A DNA stretch of 64,000 bases from Octopus sinensis (GCF_006345805.1 NC_043015.1:7750001-7814000); one strand, 5' to 3'; counted from the first letter of the stretch, positions 12,960 through 27,172 are shown. Made by a program: numbers and translations. Notes: generated by a model not told the origin, from the sequence alone.

Positions 12960-14801
12960 CATATATACATGTACGTATATATATATATATGTCTATTAAA
13001 CAAACACACACACACGCATGTTATACAAAACCTGGGCTGCCAGAGAAAATGAAAATTCTTTTCCCGCCCAAACTATATAAACTTAATGATTTCAACTTCA
13101 TTATATGCTCTTCGTAATTTCTGGTGAGAAGGCACAAATCTTGTAATGTTTAATGTAATGACGACATTGTTAGTGAGTCGGACAAAAGATTTGAATTTTA
13201 AAGCCATGCCTGGATAAATTATACATTCATCCCTTCAGTAGTTGAGAAAAATAAATTGCAATCAACAAGCGGCCTCGATTTAATCAATTATGCCTTCCTT
13301 CATAATTGTGCGAATATCGGAAATCAAATTCCATAAATGTAGAAACATTGATATTGAAATATATTATTCGTCCACACTTTATTTCAATCACACAAATAAT
13401 GGTCTTACAAACAATGAGAACAATACGTTATGACATTGTGTTTTCTTTATAAATTGGTTGTCTTGTGCAAAATTATTAAATAATCAAATTATACAGAATT
13501 AAATGGTTTCATATATTCTTTGTGTAGCTTTAACTTCAATGAATCTTTATTAATAGAACACCAACAAATATATTTTATTCAACCTTTTCAAATATATCTC
13601 ATTACCAGAACATCATAGATAAACGTTATCTCTGTAAAGAATAATACTAAGTAGAGACATCTAGGATAAGATAAGTGTAATTTTTGCTGAAGTGATTTTA
13701 AATAAATATACTTTAGTCATATTGTGTATTTGTTCTCTTGCGATGAATAATTTATCAATTTACACTTCATATATTCTAAAATATAATTGAAACTTAGAAA
13801 ATCCATTGTCAGCAGTCATTCAGTTCTTGTGATGTTATATTGTGTATTTGTTCCTCTTTAGTTTCCTAATCTACGGCTTTACTTTTATAGTAAGTACTGA
13901 ACAGAAATAAACCGAAATCGATTATATTTTACATTACCTATATATGTTTAATTAGTTCCGTATTTAAAACCACAAAATATTTGAAGTATGAGTACTAAAT
14001 GTTTGAAGGCTTTTAATATAATTGTTCTGTCAGAATATATCTATGTAACAAAACTGATATATTTTAATGTGGTTTTCTCTCAGGAATTTATCCTTCTAAC
14101 TCTAGGAACCCATAAATATTTAGCATGAGAAAAATTGCGATGCCACTAGCCATTATCTGTTGCGGTCTGCAATCAAAGAGAACATGAATGTAAATGTAAT
14201 GTTGCGTCCAGTTTTGTTCTTTATTGCAAATATATATTTTTCATGGGAAGCAAAATATATGAAGTCAATTATACCAAATTAAACACTCTAGCACTTTCAA
14301 CTAAAAAATAGATCACACAGTGAGAGAACTTTATGCATCATGAAACAAAAGAAAGTACAAACTCAGTTTAAAAACGCAAAATATCTAAAGTTATCAAAAT
14401 TTTAAAGATGTTTACGAGCACAAATGTTGTTGAATAGGTAGCATCATGTTGAGTAACGACCTAAAAATGACCTATGGCTATATCGATTACAACTTACTTT
14501 CAGTCATATTGAATGTAAATACAACTGAGTTAATTAATGTTCAATTTCTTTGTAAAATTTGTGTGGATTGTTTTAACAGTTGTTTATTTAACATTTCATT
14601 GAAGTCAACCGTACAAATACAGGATTCTGTGAAACTCATGGACAGAATCAAGTAGCCGATTCTTGCAATACTTAAAAACTTTTTAGAAAATGCTTTCAAA
14701 TATGGAAGGGGATAGAGTTAAATATGATATCCAAAGAATACGAATTCTGGGTGTACTATTCCGTCTAGACATATTTTTATCGTCTTTTAAATTTTTTATA
14801 T

Positions 14802-14939
14802 TTAAATTTCTCCTAAATCATATTCGGGATTCACCCTTTGACACATTACGAAAGTAATGTAAGAGTCATGTACTGGAGTCAAAGAAATGAACTCCAGTAC
14901 ACTCTTCAGATTCTGCTTATGATTCAAATGGAATTTAAT
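14802..14939 (+). other. Predicted multi-stem structure with a GAAA tetraloop, unclassified
   Basis: acattac-GAAA-gtaatgt (14843-14860) abuts aagag/tgtactggagt...actccagtaca/ctctt (14861-14906). Both are enclosed by an imperfect outer helix (aatcata/tatgatt; ttaaatttc/ggaatttaa). Confidence 0.4.
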
Positions 14940-15920
14940 AGTTGTCTTGGTGGAATCGTCGGACCGACAGAAAGTGGTATGCAAATCTTTTTTTTTCCTT
15001 CAAATTTGTTTTCAACCTCTCAGTGTCGATAGAATAAAGAACTAGTTAAATTTTGGCCTGACTCTAATATTCTAATGCACAACTAAAGCTGATGTCCCTG
15101 TGTCAACATTTACATTGAAAAGGCAGAGATGGCAAAAGCCTTTTACGCATCAAAAATGCTGACGGAATTTTTTCAAACTCATTCAGGTTTGGTTTCCATT
15201 GGCATAGTGGTCAATGTTGACATTCATCCGTTCGAGATTTGTAACGTAAGGTACCAGTTAAAAAATAGAAAACTCGGAGCCAATGGTAACAACCTCACAT
15301 CTCAAATTATGCCAAAAATTGCAATTATTTTCATTCTTAATTTTCCTATACCACCAGCAGTGGCAGCTGCTTCTTGTTTATTACTGATCTAAATATCGCT
15401 TTCATTCCTGAAGTTATTAATAAAGTAGTAACGTTTTGTATAACTGGGGGAAGTCAAAGCATAGACCTGCGACGTAAACCTCTTCAGAAAACAATTATTC
15501 GGAGAGAAATGCTTCATTGATTAAAGTTTGTTTAAAACGTGGTGATGATTTCGGTGAGATGAATCACTATATATGTAGCATGTACATCGGATCTTGCCCA
15601 CCTAAATATGGTGAGTCACTGTGAGGTGATTCGCGATGTAAGAGTATCAAATAGCTCCATCTTATGAATTATAGATATGAGATGTGATATATATATATGT
15701 ATATATATATATACATGCATTTGAATAACTAGATCTCAAATATACATTGCTGATGCATTATTAATATCTTGAAAGACTCTAAATTTAACACATCAAAGCG
15801 TTAAAAGCAAACAAAAAACAAAATGGGAATATATGAATACCGATAATATACTCTACTAAAAAAGGAAAAAAAGAAATATGCGACAAATCACTAAAGAATA
15901 CATAAATATTAAGATGTAAT

Positions 15921-16128
15921 AAGGCGGTGAGCTGAGAGAATTGTTACCACGCTGTGAAGAATAGCGCTATTTCGTCTGCTTCTACGGTGTGATTTCAAAT
16001 TCCTCCGCAGTCGACGTTAACGTTCATCATTCTGGGCTCGATAAAATAATTTTCAGTTAAGCAATGGGATCGATGCAATCAACTAACCCTTCCACCGAGC
16101 TTGCTGGCCTTGTGCCAAAATTTGAAAT
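15921..16128 (+). mobile_element. Nin-domain-like tRNA SINE
   Basis: aaggcggtgagctg...ttcaaattcctccgcagtcgacgttaacgttcatcattctgggctcgataaaat, a decayed Nin-type core, ending in gctggccttgtgccaaaatttgaaa. Confidence 0.75.
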
Positions 16129-16302
16129 TTATATATGAAGACGTATTATGGATGTATATTATATCGATATACATGAACATAACAGAAATTCGGAATTTTC
16201 CAAATTATCTACGTATTATTTAAAAAGTTCATAACGCTTAGTGAATTGAACACACATAACACAAAACATATGTATGTATGCAATTATGTATGTAAATATA
16301 AC

Positions 16303-16340
<38 letters not shown>

Positions 16341-16350
16341 ATGCACCTGA

Positions 16351-17545
16351 TTGCTAGAAAGCAGAGTTAAAACTCAAAGTCACGCATAAATTACTATATC
16401 TAATTAAACGCACAGAATGTCGCAAATATACAAAATAACAGTCCTTCCCATTTGTAAAACCACAAAGAAAAGATTAGTCAACCCAGTATTAATTAATTTC
16501 AATTTCTGTGCCGAATAGCACTTAATGAACATCATCTAGGCTTGCTACTTAAACTATTTTAATATATATTTACTTCTCCGTTCGCGTCTGTTCAGCTGAA
16601 CGCCCCACGACTTCCAAACAAACAATAGGAAGCAAGTCTAAATTAGAAATTCAATAAGTTATCATTATCTTTAAAAATATATATAATTAATATATAATTA
16701 ATAAAGTGACCAGCAAACATAAGCAAAAGAGGAAAAATATATATTATAGAAAGGCAGAGAACATTACGCAACAGTTTGCTACAAAGCAGAGTTAAAACTC
16801 TACTAAGTCACGCATCTCTCATAATATGCAAACATGCACGCAGAATATAGCAAATATACCAATAAACAACCCTCCCCGTTTGTAAAACCACAAAGAGGGG
16901 TGTAGCTACCGCAATTGATTTTACTTTCTTTGTCGTATGACACTTACAGACATCAGCTAGGCTTACTACGTAAATTATTTTAAAAATATATCTACCATTC
17001 CGTGCGCGTCTGTTCAGCGAAATCAATAGATATTGCGACATCTACTATTCTCTTTGTGGTTTTACAAATAAGATGCATGTTTTCTAGTACATTTTCTACA
17101 TTGTCCGTGCGTGTTTACATATAGTGCGAGATACGTGTCTCTGGAGAGCTTTAACTACGCTTTCCAGCGAACAGGAGCATATTATACCCTGCATTTTAAT
17201 AATATATATTTTGTCTATTTTGCAGGCCACTTTATTATGTTTGCTGTCCACTTTATTATTATTATTTTAAAGATAATGATATCTTATATGAAATTTGAAT
17301 ATATACTTGCTCGCTGTTGCTCGTTTGGAAGTCAGCTTATCTGACACACACGGAATGGTGAATATATCTTTAAAATAGTCTACTAGCTGATGAACTTTAA
17401 AAGTACCATTCCACAAGGAAGTGAAATCAATTCATAATGGCATGTCTACTCTTTTCTTTGTGGTTTTACAAAAAAAGGCTGCTCTTCAGTATTTTGCTTC
17501 GGAGAGATTTAACTTTGCTTTCGAGCAAAGAGGTCAATATAGTAC
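16351..17545. repeat. Fold-back array of a ~405-425-bp diverged unit (two forward copies, then two inverted copies)
   Basis: The exact 18-mer tttgtaaaaccacaaaga is at 16451 and 16879, and its reverse complement is at 17051 and 17455. Unit starts gct.gaaagcagagttaaaactc at ~16353 and ~16778, with inverted counterparts at ~17150-17170 and ~17505-17528. Confidence 0.85.
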
Positions 17546-17564
17546 CATGTCTTTCTCTCTATCT

Positions 17565-17774
17565 TTCTCGTTTTACTTGTTTCAGTCATTTGAATGTGGC
17601 CATGCTGGAGCACCGCCTTTAGTCGAGCAAGTCGATCCCAGGACTTATTATTTGTAAGCCTAGTACTTATTCTATCGTTCCCTTATGCCGAACCTCTAAG
17701 TTACGGGAACGCAAAAACACCAGCATCGATTGTCAAGCGATGTTGGAGGGACATACACAGACACACAAACGTAT

Positions 17775-17817
<43 letters not shown>

Positions 17818-17983
17818 AGCAACGGACTTCTTTCAGTTTCCGTCTAACAAATCCACTCACAAGTCTTTGGTTGGCCCGAGGTTATAGTAGAAGACACCTG
17901 CCCAAGGTGCCACGCAGTGGGACTGAACCCGGAACCATGATGTTTGTCAGCAAACTACTTACAATACAACCACTCCTACGCCT
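17565..17983 (-). mobile_element. Major octopus SINE, near full length
   Basis: Reverse complement of the 1637 copy from tail to head (...caaccactcctacgcct). Confidence 0.92.
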
Positions 17984-19104
17984 TTATATATGTATACAAA
18001 TACAATATGTATATGTTTGTGTTAATGTGCGTGTGCGCGTGTGAGTGCACGTGTGTATCCCTGATAGCTTGTCTTTTGACTCGGAAGATATTGAGTTGAA
18101 TACGTGGAGAGAAGTATATAAAGTTTTACAAGTCGGGATCAATATAAAACATACTCAAACTCTTTCAGTTTTGAACTAAGCCACTTATCAAATAAGCTGC
18201 CAAACCACCTAAAGTTTTTCCTACATCTTAGAAATATGTATCTCGAGAAATTTCTAAGAGTAGTGATTAAGAGTACATATAATTTTAAGAGTACATATAT
18301 TTTAAAACTTTGTGATATTTTAAGATATGAATCTGAAATTTAATATGGAATTTGCATTCAGGCGAAGTTTACACACACATAAACACACACAAAAAAAAAA
18401 ATGCGCACGCACACAGTCAAATATATATACTTATGCACACAAACATAAATACGTTTTGAAATATTTATTTAGAAAGCTCAGAAATAAAAATATGCATGAA
18501 AGAATATCTCAGAGTCAATGCGACTATATCGCTCTTAAAGTTCGAATCTAAATCTTCTCGAGGCTGACATTATTTTTCCTCGCTTCCCGAGACGTACAAT
18601 ATGAAAGTCGTATAATTCTTTTTTGGAATTAGTCGTCTCTTAATCCAGCTCCAAATATTTACCTGTGTTTATGCATCAGATGCTTTTATGATATGTTATA
18701 GAAATTAATTATTCCTATTAAAAGACGATCAGGTAAATCGTTACTGTTTCTTATCATTTAAAAGTAATTTAATGTACATAGTTTTGGTCTGTATGTAGAC
18801 TAACAAAGTTCATTCATCATAGCAATATAATGAGTTTTAATAGAAAGGCGAGACCTTATCAGATACATTTTATCTGATGCTGTAATGTATATGTCTTCAA
18901 ATTCAAATCATCCTTCATAGCTTTACACGAGAAATATATTTGCCTTTCCGTTTTTCAAAGTAATTTTCCATAACATTCTTCATATGTTGATCCATATCAT
19001 CTTCCTTTCAAAGGAACAGTTTTCAGCATCGTACATGAGCTCGAATACTTCAACAGAGCTCTATATGCACGCAGCATTGTGAGTGTTATTGATGTCATTC
19101 TAAA

Positions 19105-19457
19105 GGTAACAGAAGCAGTAGTGGTACAAGCTGCAGCATCAGTAATAGTGGTAGTAGTAGCAGTAACAACAGTAGAACTACCAGTTGTAGTATTAGTACT
19201 AATAGTAGTAGTTGTTGCTGGTTTTGTAGCAGTAGTACTCATGTAGGTGTTTATTTGTTATTTGATATTGTTTGTAAGCACATATAAGCTAAGTTACTGA
19301 AGAGAAATAGATGCAGATCGTGTTGGTGAGGTAACTGATGTAGCAGAAACAGCAGTAGTAATAGCAGCAGCAGCAGTGGTGGAGGTGGTTTTGATAGTGG
19401 TGGTGACAGTAGTAGTAGTTGTTTCTGTCAGGGTGTAATTGCTGCTGCTAGTAGCTC
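19105..19457. repeat. Degenerate (GTA/GCA/GTG)n trinucleotide region
   Basis: Two blocks of decayed triplet repeats that translate to Thr/Ala-rich peptides on the minus strand. Confidence 0.8.
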
Positions 19458-19597
19458 AAAAAAGGATTGCGCTGTCAATCCTTCGTTAGTGAATGGCTGT
19501 GTACACGTACATAGATACCTGACATAGTAATAATGCTTAATTTCCATCCACATTGGACTTTGAAATTGGATAACGAGAAACTATCCTTTCTTCAGAT

Positions 19598-19931
19598 CAA
19601 TCGTTCTCAACTGGTATCCTTATGACCGTATAAGATTTTGGGGGTTCACACAAGTAAAATAATAAATTGAAAATCCACAATAACATTTTAGGGCTCCATG
19701 AAAAAAGTCTTACTTTTGATTAACATATTGCAGGAAACAGTTAGAGGTTTCATTCTCAGCTGTTTTACATTGTTCAAAATACACAAGGTAATGTATGAAA
19801 AACAAAATGGGGTTTCGAAAGAAGTATCTACAAAACTCGTTAAACAACATTGAATGCCTATGTGGGTCCACCAGACTAAAATAATAGTCAAAGAGATCCA
19901 GTAGTAAAACAAATATTGTTTAGAACCACTT
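19598..19931. mobile_element. hAT (Charlie/Buster-type) non-autonomous MITE
   Basis: Decayed TIRs caatcgttctcaac and gtttagaaccactt resemble the cagtggttctcaac consensus. Flanked by an 8-bp TSD, cttcagat (19590-19597) and ctttagat (19932-19939), with 1 mismatch. Confidence 0.75.
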
Positions 19932-20147
19932 CTTTAGATCATCATAAATTTCCCAACTCATATATTCTCAATTTCTTACTGACATATTTTCTGTCTTTTG
20001 CTTATACAAAAGGCAAGCAATTTTGAAGTTAGTGGGTAATCTATAACATGGATGCCAGTCTTTGACAAGTGTTTTAACTTTTTCTCGCCATTAACTGCAG
20101 GAAGTGTAGACAGAAGGTAAAGGGCCGGAACGGATATATCACAATTG

Positions 20148-20535
20148 CTGTCATTAGATTGCGGTCATGCAGGAGATCCGGCTTGAAGAAATTTTAGTCA
20201 AACGAGTCGACCCCATTATTTCTATTTTAAGCCTGGTAATTATTTTATCGGTACGGGGACGTGAACACAGGAACGCCAACACCGGTTGCCAAGCAATGGT
20301 CATGGACTAACAACATACACACACACAGACATAGACAGAGATATACACACACACACACACACAAACATTTACATATATCTATATTCTTTCAGATTCCGTC
20401 TACCAAATCCGTTTAGAAGTCTTTGGTTAGGCCGAGGCTACATTAAAGGACACTTGACCAAGGTCCACGCAGTGGGACGAAACTCGAACCGTGTGGGTGA
20501 GAACCATTTTTTTTCATTCCGAGTCACACAGTCAG
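20148..20535 (-). mobile_element. Major octopus SINE, older diverged copy
   Basis: gtcattagattgcggtcatgc...gtcgacccc...ttccgtctaccaaatcc...gacacttgaccaagg match the reverse complement of the family. Confidence 0.8.
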
Positions 20536-20569
20536 GCATGTACCAAACAGACGCACACATACACATACG

Positions 20570-20631
<62 letters not shown>

Positions 20632-21372
20632 CATATACAGACACATATATAAGGAGAGAGCAAAAGAAGTTTGGATTAAAGGTGTTCATTAAGGATCTAG
20701 ACTTTCAAAGGGAAGCATGCCACAATTTATGTCTCGACAATTCTATTCTACGAACCACACTTTCGATTATAGCCTCCGTTCAATTTACATTTCACAACGT
20801 TGCCAATTGCGATACGAAACTTTACTTGATAATCACCTATTGAGATATCATCATGTTAATAACAATATGTCCTAAATTCTGAAATTATCTCTCCTTACGT
20901 TTAATATTTATTACAAGGAAATGTATCATTAATACCTATGTAGCACTAAGACTAGTTGCAGTATTGTATTGTTAGTGTTGTAAATGCAATGCTTAAAGGC
21001 AAATCATCCATATCTATGATCGAGATGAAATTCCGCCAAGGTCAACGTTGCGTTTTCTCCTTTTGGGAACTGAAGAAGTAAACACCAGCTGAGGTTAGGA
21101 TCGACTAAACTTTCTCCTGCAATTTCGGTCCTCGTGCCTATTGTCGAAATGATTGTTGCCGGTATTGTTTGTGTATTTATTTTTACTAATATTATAAACA
21201 TTAACAATATTATAATTATTATTTTAGAGAAGTGGAAAGTGGCTACCTTCCCTGTTAACCGACATTAAACATTAATAAGTTTTAAAAGTATTTCACATCG
21301 GAATTTAGCTGCGCGCGCACACACACACACACACGGCATACACTCCCGCACACTCACACACTCATTTACACG

Positions 21373-21513
21373 TATCTATCTATCCGCTCAGTCGAAGTCG
21401 ACTCTCGGTTACTCATTGGATCAGTGTCCTCCAGTTAGCTCTATCCTGGGTCGCTTCTTTCTGACTGGCTATGTCCATTCCGGTATCACTCTTGATGGTG
21501 TCAAGCCAGTGGG
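21373..21513 (-). mobile_element. RTE-BovB-clade LINE, 5'-truncated 3' end
   Basis: Minus-strand translation HWLDTIKSDTGMDIASQKEATQDRANWRTLIQ*VTESRLRLSG* matches the BovB-type C-terminus (RWLD...DR..WR...V..SR.RLS). It has a (TAGA)n tail and a TSD-like pair ttacacgta (21366) / ttacatgta (21517). Confidence 0.8.
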
Positions 21514-23009
21514 TTCTTACATGTATACATACACACAAAACACACACACACAGTTATTTCTACATCTACGTAAATATGTAAATGTAGGTATATATATATA
21601 TTTATAATTTAAATCATCACAAGCACTCGTCTTTTGCTACATTGCTGTATTGAGCCTTCTTGAAAAAGATTTCATATGCGTGTTTTTAACTTCAACTGCA
21701 TATAATCTTAATTTATATCTGTACGTTTTTATAAGTGTTCTCTTTTGAATTCATATACCTTCACACTTCCACATGAAAAATAATCAACTTCCAGTGGAAA
21801 ATTCTATAAGTTAATTGCTCTTCAGCTGTATTTGTTTGTGTTATTTCGGATGTGGAATCAATGCTGAAAGTTTACGTATTTAATCACTACATACAATACG
21901 TTGAATCAAAAATACTTCTATTGTGTCAAATTCTTTCATTCCGATATTTCCGTTCCTACACGAAACACAAAGTGGTTTAAAAGGTCAGCCAAGAGCATCG
22001 CAACATCTAGTGTGATTTTATATTGCATGATAATGTGAGAGAATTCACTAGATTATACGCATTCTGCACGAGACAGGAAAACAGAAATATGGATTCCATT
22101 CTTCTAGAATTTCTCAACCAATTTGGCATTTGAGAATGGGAATGCTAAAAGAACAAACGAATCAATCAAGTTAGAAAGCAAAATAAAGTAAAACAAACGG
22201 GATGTAAATTCATCAAAGAATTATGAATATACGCTTAAGTTATTTCGATAATTTTATGTCATAGTTATTTACACAAACCATGCATTGAAAACAGTAAATA
22301 GCAATTATATATACGGTATGGAATGTCGTATTTCTATAATATTTCAATACACATATAGCTGAGGGCATGATATTTATATATAATACTTATGCAATAAAAT
22401 ATTCTATCGCATTGTTTATTAGAATCAATAAAATGAGCACGAAGAAGTGAACAAACTTCAATAAGGAAGGTTAATTATTTTATAAAATATATAGAATATC
22501 TATAGAATACTTATAGAATACATGTGCGGCACAAGCTAAAACAACATATTAGTATTTATATGTTCTCAATATGCCGTACATTCATTAGAGTATCCAAGTT
22601 CAGGTTTATTAATACATACCGTTAATTCATTTTAAAAAGAGCAATAGATTGTGCACAAAGTCTACACCAGGAAATAAGCAAAAATGAAATGGTAACCAGT
22701 CTATAACTATATGTATGCTATTTAATGAAATATTACTTATCAGAATCCGTGTCATATCGGATTCTTAACCGAAAGAAAAATGTAGTTTAGAACTGCAATT
22801 AGTTCTTTCCCAAACACATAAATTGATCTAGACAAAAATTGTGTAATGACTCGAATTATTTTGGTTCCTTGAGCTGCATGGCATGTACCATGAACGAAAA
22901 GAGGCACCCGTATAATTTAACTGTTATATTACTCTCAAACAAATGCCGAAATTTCTCATAAAATCACCTGGATTGATATAAAAGCTGAGTGAGAGAAAAT
23001 CATCTAGTG

Positions 23010-23055
<46 letters not shown>

Positions 23056-23277
23056 CAAACATACGACTATACACATACACACACAGACAGAGCATATTTT
23101 GCCTGTACATCTAGATATAAGACAGTTAATGCTTAATTTTAGCATCGTCTTTGATAATCACCGTTCACTCTACTTCCTGTAGAGTCCTTTGCATACTATT
23201 ATACTTAGCACCATTAGTTGTTACAACGTACATAGCAAGTGTAGCAGACGTTTTTACACAATACTGTTAATCACAAT

Positions 23278-23317
<40 letters not shown>

Positions 23318-23356
23318 TGTATGTGCGTGTTTTTGTATGTCCATGTATATATATAT

Positions 23357-23398
<42 letters not shown>

Positions 23399-23534
23399 CG
23401 AGAGTTAAAGAGAGAGAGAAGAGAAACAAACAGACATAGAGAGAGAGAGATACATTCAACACACACAAAGTACATACGCACATAGCACAAACAAAAGCAA
23501 GTAGATTTTATGGAAATCTTGCACTCATTCACAC

Positions 23535-23593
23535 ACACACATATATATACATATATATATATATACCACATATATATATATATATATCATATA

Positions 23594-23638
<45 letters not shown>

Positions 23639-23851
23639 ATATATATTATATATAAACACATATATATATATAATAAACACATATATATATATAACACACA
23701 TATATATATATTATATATAAACACATATATATATATATAAACACATATATATATTAAACACATATATATATATAACAACATATATATATATATATATATA
23801 ACACATATATATATAAACACATATATATATAAACACATATATATATAACAC

Positions 23852-23923
<72 letters not shown>

Positions 23924-23973
23924 ACATATATATATATATAACACATATATATATATACACATATATATATATA

Positions 23974-24004
<31 letters not shown>

Positions 24005-24007
24005 AAC

Positions 24008-24042
<35 letters not shown>

Positions 24043-24200
24043 AACACATATACACATATATATATACACACATATATATATATACACATATATATATATA
24101 TACACATATATATATATACACACACATATATATATACATACCACACATATATACATACACATATATATACATACACATATATATACATATATATGTATGT
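23535..24200. repeat. (TA)n-AACACA/CACA punctuated minisatellite
   Basis: Repeating units of (TA)n broken by aacaca or caca. Confidence 0.95.
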
Positions 24201-25728
24201 GTGCGTTTGACTGTGTATGAATGTATGAGTGATAGTGTGTATACAGATCAAAACGCACATTCTATTAACGATCGACTATTTTTATCCCGGTTGTAGGCAG
24301 GTCTCTGATTTGATGATTGAATTTTGCCTGAATAGTTAAATGCATTAAAAACACTTTGGCCAATATAATTACATGTTAGCTTCGAGAGACAACAATGGAA
24401 GAACTCATTCGGTATAATTATCTCCTTCACTTTGCAAAGCTGAAACATGTTCAAATAATGCTCGTCGACATTTACTTTTTGACCTTAATTATCATCTCAA
24501 TGCTTGCAAAATATCTTGTGCTCTACATGAATACGTTCTTTCAATCCTCGAGACTGCTGATAATCGCAGAATGAATAGCTATGATGTATGTATTTAAAAC
24601 AAGAACAAATGACAGCTTAATGAGAACTCTAAAAATTCAACCTCATTGCAAGTATATACGAAATATATTACATAAGACACTTCGCTAAGAGAAAGATAAA
24701 AGGAACACGAAATTATATTGCGTTTATTTGTGGTACGCGCTGCGTGCAATCACTGTGACGGTTATTTACGAAAAGTATTAATATCAGACAAATTTTGCGT
24801 CGATGTCTGAGACATTTTGAAAAATACAGATTCCAGAAATATTTGAGCTGCTTCTTTCTTTCATTCTTTCTATTTTTGTGAACTAAATTTTGAGTTTCAA
24901 TTGTCCCTTTGCTCTATTGTCTTTCAATTTTATACTTGTATCAAATAATTGTAACCATATTATTTGAGTGGACTTACGATCGAATTTGATTGTCTTGATG
25001 AAATAATCAAGTTAACTTTAAATATTTTCACTCGATTGCATATTCACATCTTGATTTAATGGGAAATTCTGAATAATCTCCATAATTATTATATATACTA
25101 GTTGCATATTGTGAGAACGTATATCCCCTACACCACCCATTATCAATTAAATGAAATCGCATTTAGACAAGTAGCAGACTGATGATAAAGTTAAGGATTG
25201 TGTACAGACGTTGTTCTAAAGTGTACTTCAGCACAACTTGGAAGATGTATCAATACACACACAAACACACACACTCGCACATACACACAAATGCAATCAC
25301 ATGTGTGTTTGTGTCTGTGAGTGTAAAGATAACAAATTTGATCAAAGAGAGATATATAGAATAGAGATAAATGGATACACACAAATAAATTGATAGATTT
25401 TTCGATAGACTGAGATAGAAACAAATCTATCAGTAACTATAAAACTAGATACGTAGACAGGCAGTTAGGTACATTGATAAACCGATAGGATGTTAAAAAT
25501 CGTATTGACTGCTAAAATAGTTCTTCTATAATATATTAATGACACTTTGAACATCATAATTATAGGTTAGATAAAATACAATATTGGAAGTGTTTATTCG
25601 GCGTAATTACGCCTTTACGTTTCACAGCTTAAAAGTATTTAAATAATTATTGTAGAATATAATGTTTAAACTTTTATTTCTGTTGATGTTATAATTCTTC
25701 AGATTGAAATATGCACCTCAACGCAACC

Positions 25729-26640
25729 GCAATATATTATACATACATCGCATATTTTGTTTCCATTCTCGAGTTATTTGAATGCCATGCAGTATTTAAC
25801 AACTAACTGTGTCCATTTATTGTAAGTAATACCGAGATGATCATTTTTATCATTGCAGGCAGATGTAACACTCTGAAATATGCAACAACAGGTTTATGCG
25901 ATGAGGTCAACTTCACCGCTATATAGCAAGTGTGAACACGTTACATTGCAAATCCAATTTTTTCCTTCTCTGAAACAAAAGGTTTGAGAGATGTTGACCG
26001 CACATGAACTACGATGATATTCCCTTTCGGCACTGTACATCACGAAGAAATTTTTTGTTTCTTTTACTTTACTAGTTCTGCATTAACGTTGCCAAGTTTT
26101 TCGTCATAGAAAGTGTCCCTTAATGGATAGAATTAATATTAACTTTACTTTTCACTTTATCTAGAGAATACTTTATTCCTTTTCATCCCAGTCGAGTATC
26201 GTGTGACATACACCGTTTGTTCACAACGACGTTGCTATTGTCAAAGAATTTACTATATCGCCTGAAAGAACTGGGCTTATAGTCAATCAATGATCTTTCG
26301 TGCGGCTTCGGTTTTGATCGTACATGCAAACTATAAAAGGCTTTCATCCGATTCTCTATCCTAGCATTTATTTCCGGATTTAATAGCATAAGCACTCTAT
26401 AATTTCCTGCAATAATCTGGTTGCAGCAAGCATCTGACGTGATCGTACATGTCCTAGTGTAGCTATTTTCATTATATCTTCCCCCTTTCATTTAGTCAAT
26501 AGTTTGCCATTCTGGTTCTCTAAATGAAGATAAAAAAAGAGAAATTTCTTAAAGCGTTTGCTTGTAAGAAATTATTTAATCTAATAGCTTATGTAAAACA
26601 CAGTATTTCACCAAGAGCGCCGGAACAATAAAACGCATGA
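25729..26640. repeat. Diverged direct duplication, copy 1 (copy 2 at ~27173-28040)
   Basis: Collinear anchors gcaatat.ttatac, gatagaattaatattaa (~26127/27520), a 52-bp core (26341-26392 / 27747-27798), cattctggttct and aagaaattatttaat. Offset is about 1.4 kb. Confidence 0.8.
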
Positions 26641-27172
26641 ATTGATTTTTGTAGATATACACTTCTGTGCATTTTACTAGCTCGCCATCATAGTTCGATG
26701 AACACAACTACACTCATACCCATCAAAGTGCATATGTGCACAAATATATGTCGTGCGTGTTTTCTAAAGATATTCTTATATTTGTGTGTGATTGAGTATG
26801 TATTTCGATGAATAGGTACTAGGGTCAATGGGTGGATAGTACAGATATTATTCAAGCAGAAAGATAGAGAAATGGACCAAGAAAATCATTTCGTGATTAA
26901 TCAATGGCTGTTTAGATATACTTCACCGAAGTGTTGAGCAAATCTCTGAACTAACTTAGAATTGCCCATTTGGAATAGTTTAGCCAATGTAATTACGCAA
27001 TAATTTAAAGAGACAGCAATCTAAATGTTTATTTGCGAGAATCATTAGTTTTACTTTCCCAAACTGAGAGATTTTAAAATAATAGTTGAAGAACGTATGT
27101 CACAATATTGTTTTTTTTTCTTTTTTGAATTAACATTTATAGGATTAAGGAAAAGAAAGACGCAAAACATAT

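Noticed and set aside
18997-19457. Mucin-like Thr-rich peptides
   Set aside because: Decayed trinucleotide repeats with no signal peptide and no convincing splice sites.
23254-24260. Overlapping 105-223-aa ORFs
   Set aside because: Pure YI/CV dinucleotide-repeat translations.
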